Made by a program: the position numbers and the translations under genes. A stretch of DNA of 64,000 nt. It comes from Lysobacterales bacterium. Lineage in GTDB: Bacteria; Pseudomonadota; Gammaproteobacteria; Xanthomonadales; SZUA-5. Positions 44,513 through 54,177 of the stretch are shown here, in pieces (position 1 is the stretch's first letter; every line of letters starts with the position of its first letter). Where the stretch lies: positions 1 to 64,000 of the forward strand of contig JALHMH010000024.1 in NCBI GenBank assembly GCA_022844165.1. Reading direction: 5' to 3'. The notes beneath the pieces were generated by a model. The model ran no database searches. It saw only the letters and a program-made list of their open reading frames with translations, and was not told the origin of the DNA.

Positions 44513-45709
44513 CTACCCTCGCGCAGCGTTGCGCACAGCCTTTTCATCGACCAACAAGCCAATCCCTGGTGCGTTCGGTACGCGTAAGCGATCGCCCACC
44601 AATTCAACTCGGTTCTCGAAAAAGCGCCAGAGCTCGCTCAGGCGTTGCGCCCCGGGGTGTTCTTGCGGGCGATTCGCAGTGCGGCAACTGGCGAGGTAGT
44701 GCGCATGCGCTGCAGTGAGCAGAGTTGGGCGCGCGTTGTGTACGGCGATGTCGCGATCGAAAGCTTCGGCCAATGCGGCGATTTTTTTGCCTTCGGTGAT
44801 GCCACCGTGCACTGCGAGGTCTGGATTGATCACGTCGACGCCGCCGCGAAGGATCAGATCGCGGAACTGCCAGCGGGTCGCCAGGTACTCGCCTGCCGCG
44901 ACTTGAAGATCGAGCGCATCGGACACTTGCTTGAGGCCGTCCAGGTTGTACTGCGCGACCGGGCTCTCGTACACCTGCACATTCAGCTCATCTTGCAGTG
45001 CTCGGCCGATGCGTATCGCGCGGCTGACCGAATAACCTTCGCTCGGATCGGCATAGAGCGTGATCGCATCGCCCACCGCGCGGCGAATCGCGCGCATGCA
45101 CGGCAGCATCGGATCGTCGCTTGGATCGCGGCCTTCTTCGCGCAAGCCAAGTCGCAGCTTCACGGTCCGAAATCCCTGCTCGACCAGTTTCATCGCGCGC
45201 GCGGCGCACTCGTCGGGTGTCAAGAATCTCCCGTCTCCCGCGTCACGCGAAAACGAGCCATAACACTCGATTTCGTCGCGATACTTGCCGCCGATCAACG
45301 CCCAGACCGGTTTGCCGAGCAACTTGCCCCGTAAATCCCACAGCGCGTTGTCGATACCAGAGATCGCGAACGCGGCAATGCCGGAGGGGCCGAGTTCATC
45401 GGCTTCCCAATAGAGGCGATCCCACGAGGGTTCGGCGTCAAACACGTCGCGCCCTACGATGCGGCCGCCAAGGCGTGTGTTGATCAGTTGCGCAACCGCA
45501 TCTTCGCCCTCGTGCCCGGCTTCGCCCCAACCTTGGGTGCCATCGTCGGCGATCACCTGCACGAAGTTGGCTTTGGGCAAAGTGTATGCGCGAACGCTCT
45601 GGATCTTGGCCTGGCCGCGCTCTGCTGCGAACAGTCTCCGAGTTGTCAGTGGCAGCGTTGCCAGCGCCAGTGTGGCGGCGGCGGACATGAGCCAGTTGCG
45701 TCGATTCAT
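44513..45709 (-). CDS. mandelate racemase/enolase-superfamily enzyme with Tat signal peptide
   Basis: Signal MNRRNWL. Motifs SGIDNALWDLRGK, metal ligands (ADPS, YESP, AGEY), NPD and VHN. Confidence 0.87.
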   Translation of the reverse strand: MNRRNWLMSAAATLALATLPLTTRRLFAAERGQAKIQSVRAYTLPKANFVQVIADDGTQGWGEAGHEGEDAVAQLINTRLGGRIVGRDVFDAEPSWDRLYWEADELGPSGIAAFAISGIDNALWDLRGKLLGKPVWALIGGKYRDEIECYGSFSRDAGDGRFLTPDECAARAMKLVEQGFRTVKLRLGLREEGRDPSDDPMLPCMRAIRRAVGDAITLYADPSEGYSVSRAIRIGRALQDELNVQVYESPVAQYNLDGLKQVSDALDLQVAAGEYLATRWQFRDLILRGGVDVINPDLAVHGGITEGKKIAALAEAFDRDIAVHNARPTLLTAAHAHYLASCRTANRPQEHPGAQRLSELWRFFENRVELVGDRLRVPNAPGIGLLVDEKAVRNAARG

Positions 45710-45712
45710 GGA

Positions 45713-46075
45713 TCAATCCTCAATCTTCGTTCCGCCAGGAAATGTGAGCGCGCCAATGGGAACTTCCGGTTCCAGGCACAGTTGTGCGAAGCGCCCGCTG
45801 AGGCGCGCATTTTCCGCACGCAGATCGTGCGGTCATTCGCCAGTCACCCAGCGGGGCATCAAGCGCAGATGCCCACGCGCGGCGTCGACGCTGACGACAC
45901 TGCGATGTGCGACGCGTAGATCAACACCAGGCGCGGCATGCCACAACGCGGTGACCGCGCCCGCTTCGAGCCCAGGACGTTGCCAGTCGATAGCCTCGGT
46001 GAGCGCACGCCAACCCACCTTGTCGGCGAGGGCTGCGAGCGGCAACAGCAGGGCGAGCGGCAGCCAGCGGCTCAT
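45713..46075 (-). pseudogene. small secreted-type ORF interrupted by an in-frame TGA
   Basis: The ATG overlaps the WD40 stop and is followed by signal-like MSRWLPLALLLPLAALA. TGA at 45833-45835; the frame continues 39 sense codons to a TGA 3 nt before the next ATG. Confidence 0.5.
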
Positions 46076-47160
46076 GGCGCAAACGCTTTGTCTTGTTGCG
46101 CACGCACTTCGCGGTGGCGGCGATCGTTGAGATCGGGGTCCTCGCCCATCACGATCCACAAGCGAATCGCTCCGTCCTGGTGGGCTGAGGCCAGCAGCGC
46201 GCCGTTCGGCGAAAAATCCAGGTACTCCATGCCGTCGCCGGCATGCAGCATCAGCGCTGGGTAAATGCGTTTGCCAGTAAGAATGTCTGCCATGCGCCAG
46301 GCACGAATGAAGGGATCGTTGCCGGCGCTAAACAGGTATTGTCCGTCGGCGCTGAATTCTATTGTCTCGATCTTGCTGCCGGAGTGGTTGAAGAGCGCCT
46401 TCGTTTCGCCATTCGTGGCATCGAACACACGAATGTCGCCACGTTCGTCGCCAATAGCGATCCACCGTCCGTCGGGCGAGATCTCTCCTGCGATGAAATG
46501 CCAATCGCGGTCGCCCTCCAGCCGCAGCTCTGGCCTCAACGACGGCACGCTGTACACCGCCGCACGGCCGCGTTCGCCAACGGCCAACAGGCGCTGGTGA
46601 TCGCGGCTGAAATCGAGGTTGTTGATGGTCTCGCCGAGGTCGACGCGTTCGACCAACGTGGCTTCGGGCGCGGCATACAGCCGCACCCATCCTTGGCGCG
46701 TCTCACCTTTGCCTGTGTATTCCTCGCCAGTGGCGAAATAACGGCCGTCGTAGGAAAACGCCAGGGCATCGATGCCATTGTCGTGCGCAATGGACTTGAT
46801 CTCGCTGCCGTCGGTTGCTCGCAGCAGGCGAACTTGTCGATCCTCGCCGGCCACCGCCACATAGCTGCCGTCGCGCGCAAAGGCGACGCGCTCGATCTCC
46901 AGTTGAAGGTATCGCCGCCACAGCTCCGTCCCGTCGCTGGTGCGCCACAAGATGATGCTGTTGTCGAACTTGCTGCCGCTGATCAAGGTACGTCCGTCGG
47001 GCGAGAACTCGACGCTCTCAATTGAACCCGCCTCGCCGTTGATATCGGCGATGCGCGTCCAAACCGGGTTCAGCGCCAGACGTTTGTCGTCGGCGCGTGC
47101 GGCGACCGGGGTTTGCGCCTGCGCCAGATTGGCGAGCAGGCAGAGCAGCAAAACTCTCAT
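46072..47160 (-). CDS. secreted WD40-repeat beta-propeller protein
   Basis: Signal peptide and about 7 repeats of the FSPDG...SG..D..I.LW type. Confidence 0.88.
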   Translation of the reverse strand: MRVLLLCLLANLAQAQTPVAARADDKRLALNPVWTRIADINGEAGSIESVEFSPDGRTLISGSKFDNSIILWRTSDGTELWRRYLQLEIERVAFARDGSYVAVAGEDRQVRLLRATDGSEIKSIAHDNGIDALAFSYDGRYFATGEEYTGKGETRQGWVRLYAAPEATLVERVDLGETINNLDFSRDHQRLLAVGERGRAAVYSVPSLRPELRLEGDRDWHFIAGEISPDGRWIAIGDERGDIRVFDATNGETKALFNHSGSKIETIEFSADGQYLFSAGNDPFIRAWRMADILTGKRIYPALMLHAGDGMEYLDFSPNGALLASAHQDGAIRLWIVMGEDPDLNDRRHREVRAQQDKAFAP

Positions 47161-47206
47161 CGTCGATCTCCCAAGATAGAAGCTCCCAACGCTGCAAACA
47201 GGCTTG

Positions 47207-48529
47207 TCAGCGCAGCAGGCCCAGGGCTTGTGGCAACCACAGCGTCAGCGGCGGCCAGAACGAAACCAGCAACAGCACGCAGACGCTGACGGCAATGATC
47301 GGCATCAGCGGGCGCAACATGTCCGACAAACTCACCTTGGCAATACCGGCCGCAATGAACAAGGTTGTTCCCGCCGGCGGCGTGACCAAACCCAGGCACA
47401 GGTTAAACACCAACACGATGCCGAAGTGGTACTTCATCTGCTCCGGCGTGAGCCCCATTTCTGGCGCAACTTGCAACATCAGCGGCAAAAAAATCGGCGT
47501 GAAAATCAGCAGTGCCGGCGTGATATCCATGAAGGTGCCTACGATCAGCAGCAGCACATTGATCGCCAGCAGCAAGGCCCACGGATGTTCGATCAAAAAT
47601 GCGAAACTGCGTGCGATCAAGCCCGGCACATCGGCGTAGGCAAAGATCCACGCCAGGCATACCGAGGTGCCAATCAAGAAGAACACCATGCCGGTCGTCG
47701 CGGCCGTTTCTCTCAGGATGCGCGGCAGATCGCCAAGGCGAATTTCGCGGTAGACGCCGAGCGACAGAACAGCCGCATAGGCCACCGCAATCGCGCTCGA
47801 TTCGGTGGCGGTAAAGAGGCCACTGACGATGCCGCCCATCACCACGATCAGCAACACCACACTCGGTAGCACGCCGAGACTGGCGCGCAGCAGCGCGCGA
47901 ATGCCCGGAAACGGCAGACGTTCGCCGTAGCCGCCGCGGGCCGACATCACCATCGCCAACAGCATCAACGCCAGGCCCAGCAACAGCCCCGGCAGGTAAC
48001 CTGCCACGAACAGCGCGCTGATCGACACGCCGCCGGCGACCACGGCGTAGACCAGCATCACGTTCGAAGGTGGAATCAACAGGCCCGTGGTGGCGGCCGT
48101 CGCCGTCAGCGCAGCGGCGAAGGGCTTGGGATAACCGTCCTTGGCCATCGCCGGAATCATGAAACTGCCGATGCCACTCGCCGCTGCTGCGGCAGAACCG
48201 GACACCGAGCCAAACAGCATATTCGCCAGCACGTTGGTCAGCGCCAAACCACCCGGCAGCGATCCCACGGCGACGCGGGAGAAGTCGATCAGGCGCCGCG
48301 CGACGCCGCCGAGCGCCATTAGTTTGCCGGCCAGAATGAACAGCGGTATCGCGATCAGCGTGAACGAAAACGATGAGGCGGCCAGACGTTGCGCGAGTGT
48401 GGTGCTGGCCACATCGGCGGGCAGGCTCAATACCAGCGCCGCGAGCGACGCCAGACCGATCGATACCGAGATCGGCACGCGCAACATCAGCAGCAGCACG
48501 AACACGCCGGCGAGCAGCATCACCGTCAT
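47207..48529 (-). CDS. TRAP transporter large permease (DctM family)
   Basis: Motifs AIPLFILAG, GSVSGSA, LIPPS and GLVTPP. Confidence 0.92.
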   Translation of the reverse strand: MTVMLLAGVFVLLLMLRVPISVSIGLASLAALVLSLPADVASTTLAQRLAASSFSFTLIAIPLFILAGKLMALGGVARRLIDFSRVAVGSLPGGLALTNVLANMLFGSVSGSAAAAASGIGSFMIPAMAKDGYPKPFAAALTATAATTGLLIPPSNVMLVYAVVAGGVSISALFVAGYLPGLLLGLALMLLAMVMSARGGYGERLPFPGIRALLRASLGVLPSVVLLIVVMGGIVSGLFTATESSAIAVAYAAVLSLGVYREIRLGDLPRILRETAATTGMVFFLIGTSVCLAWIFAYADVPGLIARSFAFLIEHPWALLLAINVLLLIVGTFMDITPALLIFTPIFLPLMLQVAPEMGLTPEQMKYHFGIVLVFNLCLGLVTPPAGTTLFIAAGIAKVSLSDMLRPLMPIIAVSVCVLLLVSFWPPLTLWLPQALGLLR

Positions 48530-49038
48530 GTCATGTCTCCCGCCGCATGCTCGGTATAAACGCGCTCCATCGCGAACGCGAACATCAGCACACCAGAGAG
48601 CGGCACTGCGCCGTAGATCAGCCCCATCGGCCACCCCAGTGCGGGCGTGCGCTGATCGAGTGCCAGCGTGATCTGCACCAGCAGCGCGCCGCCGATCACC
48701 ATCACCAGCGCCAACAGCGCGACGGCGATCCGCGTCGCAAGATCGGCGATACGCCGCCAGCGCGCGTCGAAACCCTTGTACAGCAGATCGAGACCGATAT
48801 GCTCGCCACGTCGCAGCGCGTAGGCGGCGCCGAGCAGTGCCGTCCACGACAACAGGAACGAGGCCAGCTCTTCGGTCCAGGTCGACGGGGTCAGCACGAC
48901 CGGCCAATCCATGGCAACGATAACGCGATTGGTGAGCCGGCTCGCCACCTGCCAAAGTACGGTTAACGTCAGCGCCGCCATCAGCGCTGCGCACACTGGC
49001 GCCAGCAGGCGCTCCAGAAGTGTATTCAAGCGGCTCAC
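48526..49038 (-). CDS. TRAP transporter small permease (DctQ family)
   Basis: Motifs QVASR, WTEELA and GEHIGLD; 4 TM segments. Confidence 0.9.
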   Translation of the reverse strand: MSRLNTLLERLLAPVCAALMAALTLTVLWQVASRLTNRVIVAMDWPVVLTPSTWTEELASFLLSWTALLGAAYALRRGEHIGLDLLYKGFDARWRRIADLATRIAVALLALVMVIGGALLVQITLALDQRTPALGWPMGLIYGAVPLSGVLMFAFAMERVYTEHAAGDMT

Positions 49039-50045
49039 GGAGGCGCCTCGCGGGTCCGATCGATGGCATCGACCAGTGGCTGCAACGAAGGTTGTTCGGC
49101 GAGCAATCGATTGCGCAAGGGTGCAGTCGCAGCGCGAAAACTGTCGCGGTCGACCGTCTCGATGATGTGTAGTCCAGCCGCTCGCATCGCGTCGAGGTTG
49201 CGCGCCTCTTCGTCTTTCCAGAGATGTCTTTGTGCGACCGCACTGGTCGCGGCTGCTTCGCGCACCCAGCGCTGCTGCTCAGTCGTCAACCGCTCCCAAG
49301 TGGGCGCGCCGATCGCGAGCACGTCGGGCAGTATCAGATGCTCGTTGAGCGTATAGCTGGTCGCCACTTCGAACTGGCGCGAGGTGTACAACGATGGCGG
49401 ATTGTTTTCGGCGCCATCGACTGTGCCCGAATCGAGCGCGGTGTAAAGCTCGCCGAACGGAATCGGTACGGGCTTGGCGCCGAGCGCTTCGACCATCGCC
49501 ATCGCCGTGCGGCTCGGCATCACACGCAGGCTCAGGCCTTTGAGATCGTCGGCGCTACGAATCTGGCGGCCACTCTTGGCGCTCAAATAGAAACTGCGCG
49601 CGCCAGCATCGTAGAAGGTCAGGCCGACGATGCGCTGCGGAGAGCTGGACACGAGTAACTCGCTGGCTGCCGGGGTTTGCGCAAATCGCCAGAAGTGCGC
49701 GATGTCGTCGAACAGGTATGGCAGGCCGAACGCAGCGTATGCCGGAGCAAACGACTCCAACTGCCCAGCCGAAACCTTGGTTAGCGCAATGCTGCCGAGC
49801 TGCATTTGCTCGACCAGTTCGCGCTCCGAGCCGAGCTTACCGTCGGCATAGATATCCACCTGCAGCGAGCCGCTCGACAGCCGCCGCACTTCATCGGCGA
49901 ACACCTGCATGCCGCGGTGCACCGGATGTTCCGTGTTCAGCGCATGCGCCAGACGCAACGTCTTGACCTCGACGCCGCGCGATGCGTTCTCCCACAGTGC
50001 ACCAGCAATGAGCGCGATCGGAGCGAGGAGCCAAATCGGTCGCAT
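49035..50045 (-). CDS. TRAP transporter substrate-binding protein (DctP family)
   Basis: Motifs LRLAH, LGSERE, DAGARSF, LRVM and GELYTAL..G.VDGAEN. Confidence 0.92.
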   Translation of the reverse strand: MRPIWLLAPIALIAGALWENASRGVEVKTLRLAHALNTEHPVHRGMQVFADEVRRLSSGSLQVDIYADGKLGSERELVEQMQLGSIALTKVSAGQLESFAPAYAAFGLPYLFDDIAHFWRFAQTPAASELLVSSSPQRIVGLTFYDAGARSFYLSAKSGRQIRSADDLKGLSLRVMPSRTAMAMVEALGAKPVPIPFGELYTALDSGTVDGAENNPPSLYTSRQFEVATSYTLNEHLILPDVLAIGAPTWERLTTEQQRWVREAAATSAVAQRHLWKDEEARNLDAMRAAGLHIIETVDRDSFRAATAPLRNRLLAEQPSLQPLVDAIDRTREAPP

Positions 50046-50052
50046 GGTCACT

Positions 50053-50183
50053 CCGTGGGTCGCGCTACAGCGCGACGCCTTTGTCTGTTCCCCACAGACT
50101 CGATAGAGCAGCTTGCTCTCACGGAACGCTCTGCAAGGCCGTTGGGAACAGACAAGAGCAACGCGCTATCGCGCGACCCACGG
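50053..50183. repeat. REPIN-like doublet of GTGGGTCGCGCT...AGCGCGAC REPs
   Basis: Inverted arms ccgtgggtcgcgc / gcgcgacccacgg and ttgtctgttccc / gggaacagacaa. Confidence 0.8.
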
Positions 50184-51458
50184 TCAATCGCCATGGTCGA
50201 TCTCCCCAACCTCGAACGCCACCGCTTGCCCGATCCGCCGCACCGCATCGACATCGTAAGCGATTCCAAATCCAGGTCCCGTCGGCACCGCGATTTCGCC
50301 ATTGCGGATGGTCAGACGCGGCGCATAGTCGTAGGCCGGTTCCGCAAGCGCGGCTTTAGCCGAAAACTCGTGGAACGCGCCGGGTCGCTCCAGACAAGCG
50401 ATAAAGTTCAGCATTGTCGCCGCGCCGGCATGTGCGCGAGGGGCATGCGGAATGCAATCCATGCCTGCGGCGGCGGCGGCTTGCGCATAACGTAGCGAAC
50501 GCAAAAAACCGCCGGCGTAGAACAAGTCCGGTTGCACCACGTCGACCATGCGATTGGCGATCATCCAGCGCCACTTGGCGGCACTCGAATCCTGCTCGCC
50601 ACCCGCGACGGTGACAGCGAGCGCCTGAGTCACTTGCCGCGTCATTTCGAACTCTTCGAACGGACAAGGCTCCTCGAAGAACCACACGCCATAGCGCTCC
50701 AGCATGCGGCCGACTTCGATCGCCGTTGCTGCATCGTACGAGCCGTTGGCGTCGACCGCGATGTCGCATTTATCGCCCAGAACCTTTCGTGCCCGCGACA
50801 CCAGCGCCTCCGAGCGACCCTCCCACGCATCGACGTTGCGGCTCATGCGGCCGCCGACGCCGAGCTTGACCGCGCGCGCGCCGGTCGCCTCGATACGGGG
50901 CAGCATGAACTGATCGATTTCTTGTTCCGGCGTCGTATGCCGGTCGCGGTTGCTCAGATACACGGCCACTGACGAACGATTGCTGCTGCCCACGAGCTCG
51001 AACACCGGTCTCTTGCTCGCCTGACCGATCGCTTCCAAAGCCAGCATTTCCACGTGCCCGATGTGGTTCCAAAACGGCAGTCCGACGATCTTGTAATTCG
51101 CCCGAGCGCAGGTTTCGATGTGGTGCTCAATCAGGCGCAGATCCTGACCCAGGAAATACGGCAGTACGCGACTGCTGAACAGCTGCAGGTCATCGCCGAA
51201 GCGCTTGTTCGACGGCAAATACGCCGTCAATCCGCCGCGCACATGGCCAACGATCATATGTTCGTTCTTATTGATCCAGAGCAGCTCGATCCGCTCCAGG
51301 ATCAGCGGCGCGGTAGCGATGCGGGTAAAATCGTAGCGCGCGATTGGCGCATCGGAGAAAGTCAACGGCGCCTCGGTGTCGGCGCGGGGCGTGCGAGCAG
51401 CGCAGCCTGCAAGCAGGCCCGCAGCGCCGCTCGTCAGTAGAGATCGACGCGTCAGCAC
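50184..51458 (-). CDS. mandelate racemase/enolase-superfamily enzyme, Tat lipoprotein
   Basis: TRRSLL twin-arginine motif and LAGC lipobox. Motifs VDAN, FEEP, GGEQD, QPD and PH. Confidence 0.87.
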   Translation of the reverse strand: MLTRRSLLTSGAAGLLAGCAARTPRADTEAPLTFSDAPIARYDFTRIATAPLILERIELLWINKNEHMIVGHVRGGLTAYLPSNKRFGDDLQLFSSRVLPYFLGQDLRLIEHHIETCARANYKIVGLPFWNHIGHVEMLALEAIGQASKRPVFELVGSSNRSSVAVYLSNRDRHTTPEQEIDQFMLPRIEATGARAVKLGVGGRMSRNVDAWEGRSEALVSRARKVLGDKCDIAVDANGSYDAATAIEVGRMLERYGVWFFEEPCPFEEFEMTRQVTQALAVTVAGGEQDSSAAKWRWMIANRMVDVVQPDLFYAGGFLRSLRYAQAAAAAGMDCIPHAPRAHAGAATMLNFIACLERPGAFHEFSAKAALAEPAYDYAPRLTIRNGEIAVPTGPGFGIAYDVDAVRRIGQAVAFEVGEIDHGD

Positions 51459-51467
51459 AAGCCGCTC

Positions 51468-51628
51468 CCTGTGGGTCGCGCTATAGCGCGACGCCGCTGT
51501 CTTTTCCGCTCCGACTCAAACGGATTCGCAAAGTGCCGGGAGTCAACCCAGCATCGAACGGGTAGGGTCGAGTCTGCCGAGGCCGCAGAGAACAGAACAC
51601 AGCGTCGAGCTATTGCGCAACCCACGGG
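51468..51628. repeat. REPIN-like doublet, second copy
   Basis: gtgggtcgcgctatagcgcgacgc ... gcgtcgagctattgcgcaacccac. Confidence 0.75.
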
Positions 51629-51630
51629 GA

Positions 51631-53397
51631 TCATGGGCGGCCTCCGTTGGTCTCGGCGGCGCCGCTCAGTTCGGTAGCGCCAATGCGCTGGGTTCGATTT
51701 GCCTTGAACCCGAGAAGCGCCGGCCAGCCAGCACTCAGCTCAACATCATCCATACGCAAATGCGCGACGTTGCTCCCGTCGATGACCGGGTGTTTGCGAT
51801 TGCCCGTGTCCACACGCAATCCAGCGATGGTCAGTCGCTGGACACGCTCAGCATGAATCGCCGAACGGCTGCCGAGCGCGCTGGCTTGGCCAAGCACCGC
51901 GATATCGCGCAGCACGAGCCGGTTCACCAGCCCAGCCGTGACGTGTGCGTTTCGCGTCGCAAAATCGGCGCCCGGCGTTTGCCCGGCCAGCATCATGTTG
52001 CCGCGCGGTTTACCGCCCAGCGAAGCCAGATCGACGGGCCCGCGCACCACAAAGCGCACACCCTCCAGTGTCACGTCCTCGATGGGCCGATCGGGATGAC
52101 CGCCGATCAATACGTTGCCGCGGCTCTCGATGCGTGTGTTCGCGATGCGAATGTGGCGAATATGGCCAAGTTGGCTGTCCGGAAAACGTCGGTCCAGATC
52201 GATGTAAATCGGATAGTCGGTCTTATGCCGCGACGCGGTCACAATGTTGAGCCCATCGACGTCCAGGAACTCGAACGTGCCGCCATCTTTCATGAACAGC
52301 GCAATGCCTATGCGCGAGTTGACGATCTGCGTATCGATCAGGCGCACGTGACGAATCGGGTGCGTGGAACCTGTGCCGAACTTGAAGGCCGAGTCGTCGC
52401 TTTCCAGGTACGAGTCGCTGATCGTCACGTGAGCGATTTCAGCGTTGCTGCTCTTAAGCACAATCGCATCGTCGCCGGTACGAATCGACACGCCGTGAAT
52501 ACGCACGTCGGTTCCGCCCTCGATCTGGATGCCGTCCGAATTCGGCGACAGCGGATGGGCGCGGATGCGCACGCCACTTACGGACACGTCATGGCTGGTT
52601 TCGAAACTCAGGAAGTAGCTCGGCGAGTCGATCATCGTAATGTTGTTTACCGCCACATGGCGCGCATCGCGAAACCAGATCCAAGGCCGCGGCCGCGGCA
52701 GCGTTGGGCGACCCATGCCGGAGGTCAGAAAGCCTTTGTCCCAGAATGCCTCGCCGTTGCCATCGATGGTGCCCAGGCCAGTGATTGAGACGTTGCTCAC
52801 GTCATTGGCATAGATCAACGCGCGCTGTCCTTCGGCTTCGACGATCGCCAGGCGCTCGGGGTCGGTCAGTCCGGATTTGGCGATCGACTTATTGTGGTCG
52901 TCCAGGCGCTTGTCGACGAACGGATAGTCGTCAAGCAAGCCGCTGCCGCGCAGCACAGCACCGCGTTCGAGATGCAGATCGATATTGCTCTTGAGCAGCA
53001 GCGTGCCGGTGACGAAGGTGCCCGCCGGCACCAGCACCCGGCCACCGCCAGCATCGGCGCAGGCGTCGATCGCCGCCTGGATCGACTGCGTGACGACGCT
53101 GCCATCGGGTTTAGCGCCGTGCTCGGTGATCGGGCACAGGGCGTGGGCAGGGGAGGCCGCGAACAGGACGCTAAGCAGGGCCAACACGAAGGTGGGGCGC
53201 GTGGGAAGAGCGGGACACGGTGCACGGTGCACGGGGCACGGGAGGGGCTGGGGGCAAGCGGGACCTACGCTTGACGATGGCTCACAAAACCCCAGGCTGA
53301 GCGAGGCCGACGAGACCTGCCGACCGCTCCCGTGCCCCGTGCCCCGTGCCCCATGCCCCGCTTTTTCCCTGAGTCTTTGCGCGCCAGACATCGCCAT
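51631..53397 (-). CDS. glycoside hydrolase family 28 (polygalacturonase-like) protein; start uncertain
   Basis: Motifs IQAAIDAC...GGGRVLVPAG, PNSDGI and TGDDAIVLKS. Signal h-region FVLALLSVLFAASPAHA. Confidence 0.85.
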   Translation of the reverse strand: MAMSGAQRLREKAGHGARGTGHGSGRQVSSASLSLGFCEPSSSVGPACPQPLPCPVHRAPCPALPTRPTFVLALLSVLFAASPAHALCPITEHGAKPDGSVVTQSIQAAIDACADAGGGRVLVPAGTFVTGTLLLKSNIDLHLERGAVLRGSGLLDDYPFVDKRLDDHNKSIAKSGLTDPERLAIVEAEGQRALIYANDVSNVSITGLGTIDGNGEAFWDKGFLTSGMGRPTLPRPRPWIWFRDARHVAVNNITMIDSPSYFLSFETSHDVSVSGVRIRAHPLSPNSDGIQIEGGTDVRIHGVSIRTGDDAIVLKSSNAEIAHVTISDSYLESDDSAFKFGTGSTHPIRHVRLIDTQIVNSRIGIALFMKDGGTFEFLDVDGLNIVTASRHKTDYPIYIDLDRRFPDSQLGHIRHIRIANTRIESRGNVLIGGHPDRPIEDVTLEGVRFVVRGPVDLASLGGKPRGNMMLAGQTPGADFATRNAHVTAGLVNRLVLRDIAVLGQASALGSRSAIHAERVQRLTIAGLRVDTGNRKHPVIDGSNVAHLRMDDVELSAGWPALLGFKANRTQRIGATELSGAAETNGGRP

Positions 53398-54177
53398 CAC
53401 CCTCTCCCCATCCAAGCCACGAGCAAACCCAAACCCAGCACTACGCACACCAGCGCCCAGGCGGTGCACGGTGCACGGGAGGGGCTGGGGGCAAGCGGGA
53501 CCTACGCTTGACGATGGCTCACAAAACCCCAGGCTGAGCGAGGCCGACGAGACCTGCCGACCGCTCTCGTGCCCCGTGCCCCGTGCCCCATGCCCCGCTT
53601 TTTCCCTGAGTCTTTGCGCGCCAGACATCGCCATCACCCTCTCCCCATCCAAGCCACGAGCAAACCCAAACCCAGCACTACGCACACCAGCGCCCAGGCG
53701 GTGCACGGTGCACGGGAGGGGCTGGGGGCAAGCGGGACCTACGCTTGACGATGGCTCACAAAACCCCAGGCTGAGCGAGGCCGACGAGACCTGCCGACCG
53801 CTCTCGTGCCCCGTGCCCCGTGCCCCATGCCCCGCTTTTTCCCTGAGTCTTTGCGCGCCAGACATCGCCATCACCCTCTCCCCATCCAAGCCACGAGTAA
53901 ACCCAAACCCAGCACTACGCACACCAGCGCCCAGGCAGGGCACGGGGCACGGGGCACAGGAGAGGCTGGGGGCAAGCGGGACCTACGCTTGACGATGGCT
54001 CACAAAACCCCAGGCTGAGCGAGGCCGACGAGACCTGCCGACCGCTCCCGTGCCCCGTGCCCCGTGCCCCATGCCCCGCTTTTTCCCTGAGGCTTTGCGC
54101 GCCAGACATCGCCATCACCCTCTCCCCATCCAAGCCACGAGCAAACCCAAACCCAGCACTACGCACACCAGCGCCCA
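53232..54177. repeat. tandem array of 4 near-identical units (237, 237, 244 bp periods)
   Basis: The anchor ggagNggctgggggcaagcggg occurs at 53241, 53478, 53715 and 53959. Confidence 0.95.

Noticed and set aside
48530-49243. DctQ-DctM fusion suggested by the 678-aa ORF
   Set aside because: The upstream part is an alternative frame overlapping dctQ and dctP. DctM starts at 48529, coupled to the dctQ stop.
52985-53992. 335-aa plus-strand repeat protein, and the 770-aa extended GH28 call
   Set aside because: These are open only because 237 is a multiple of 3. The plus-strand ORF is antisense to a clear GH28 gene and the repeated peptide comes from non-coding repeat DNA.
53232-54177. Possible CRISPR array
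   Set aside because: The units are ~237 bp and near-identical throughout, with no unique spacers and no cas genes.
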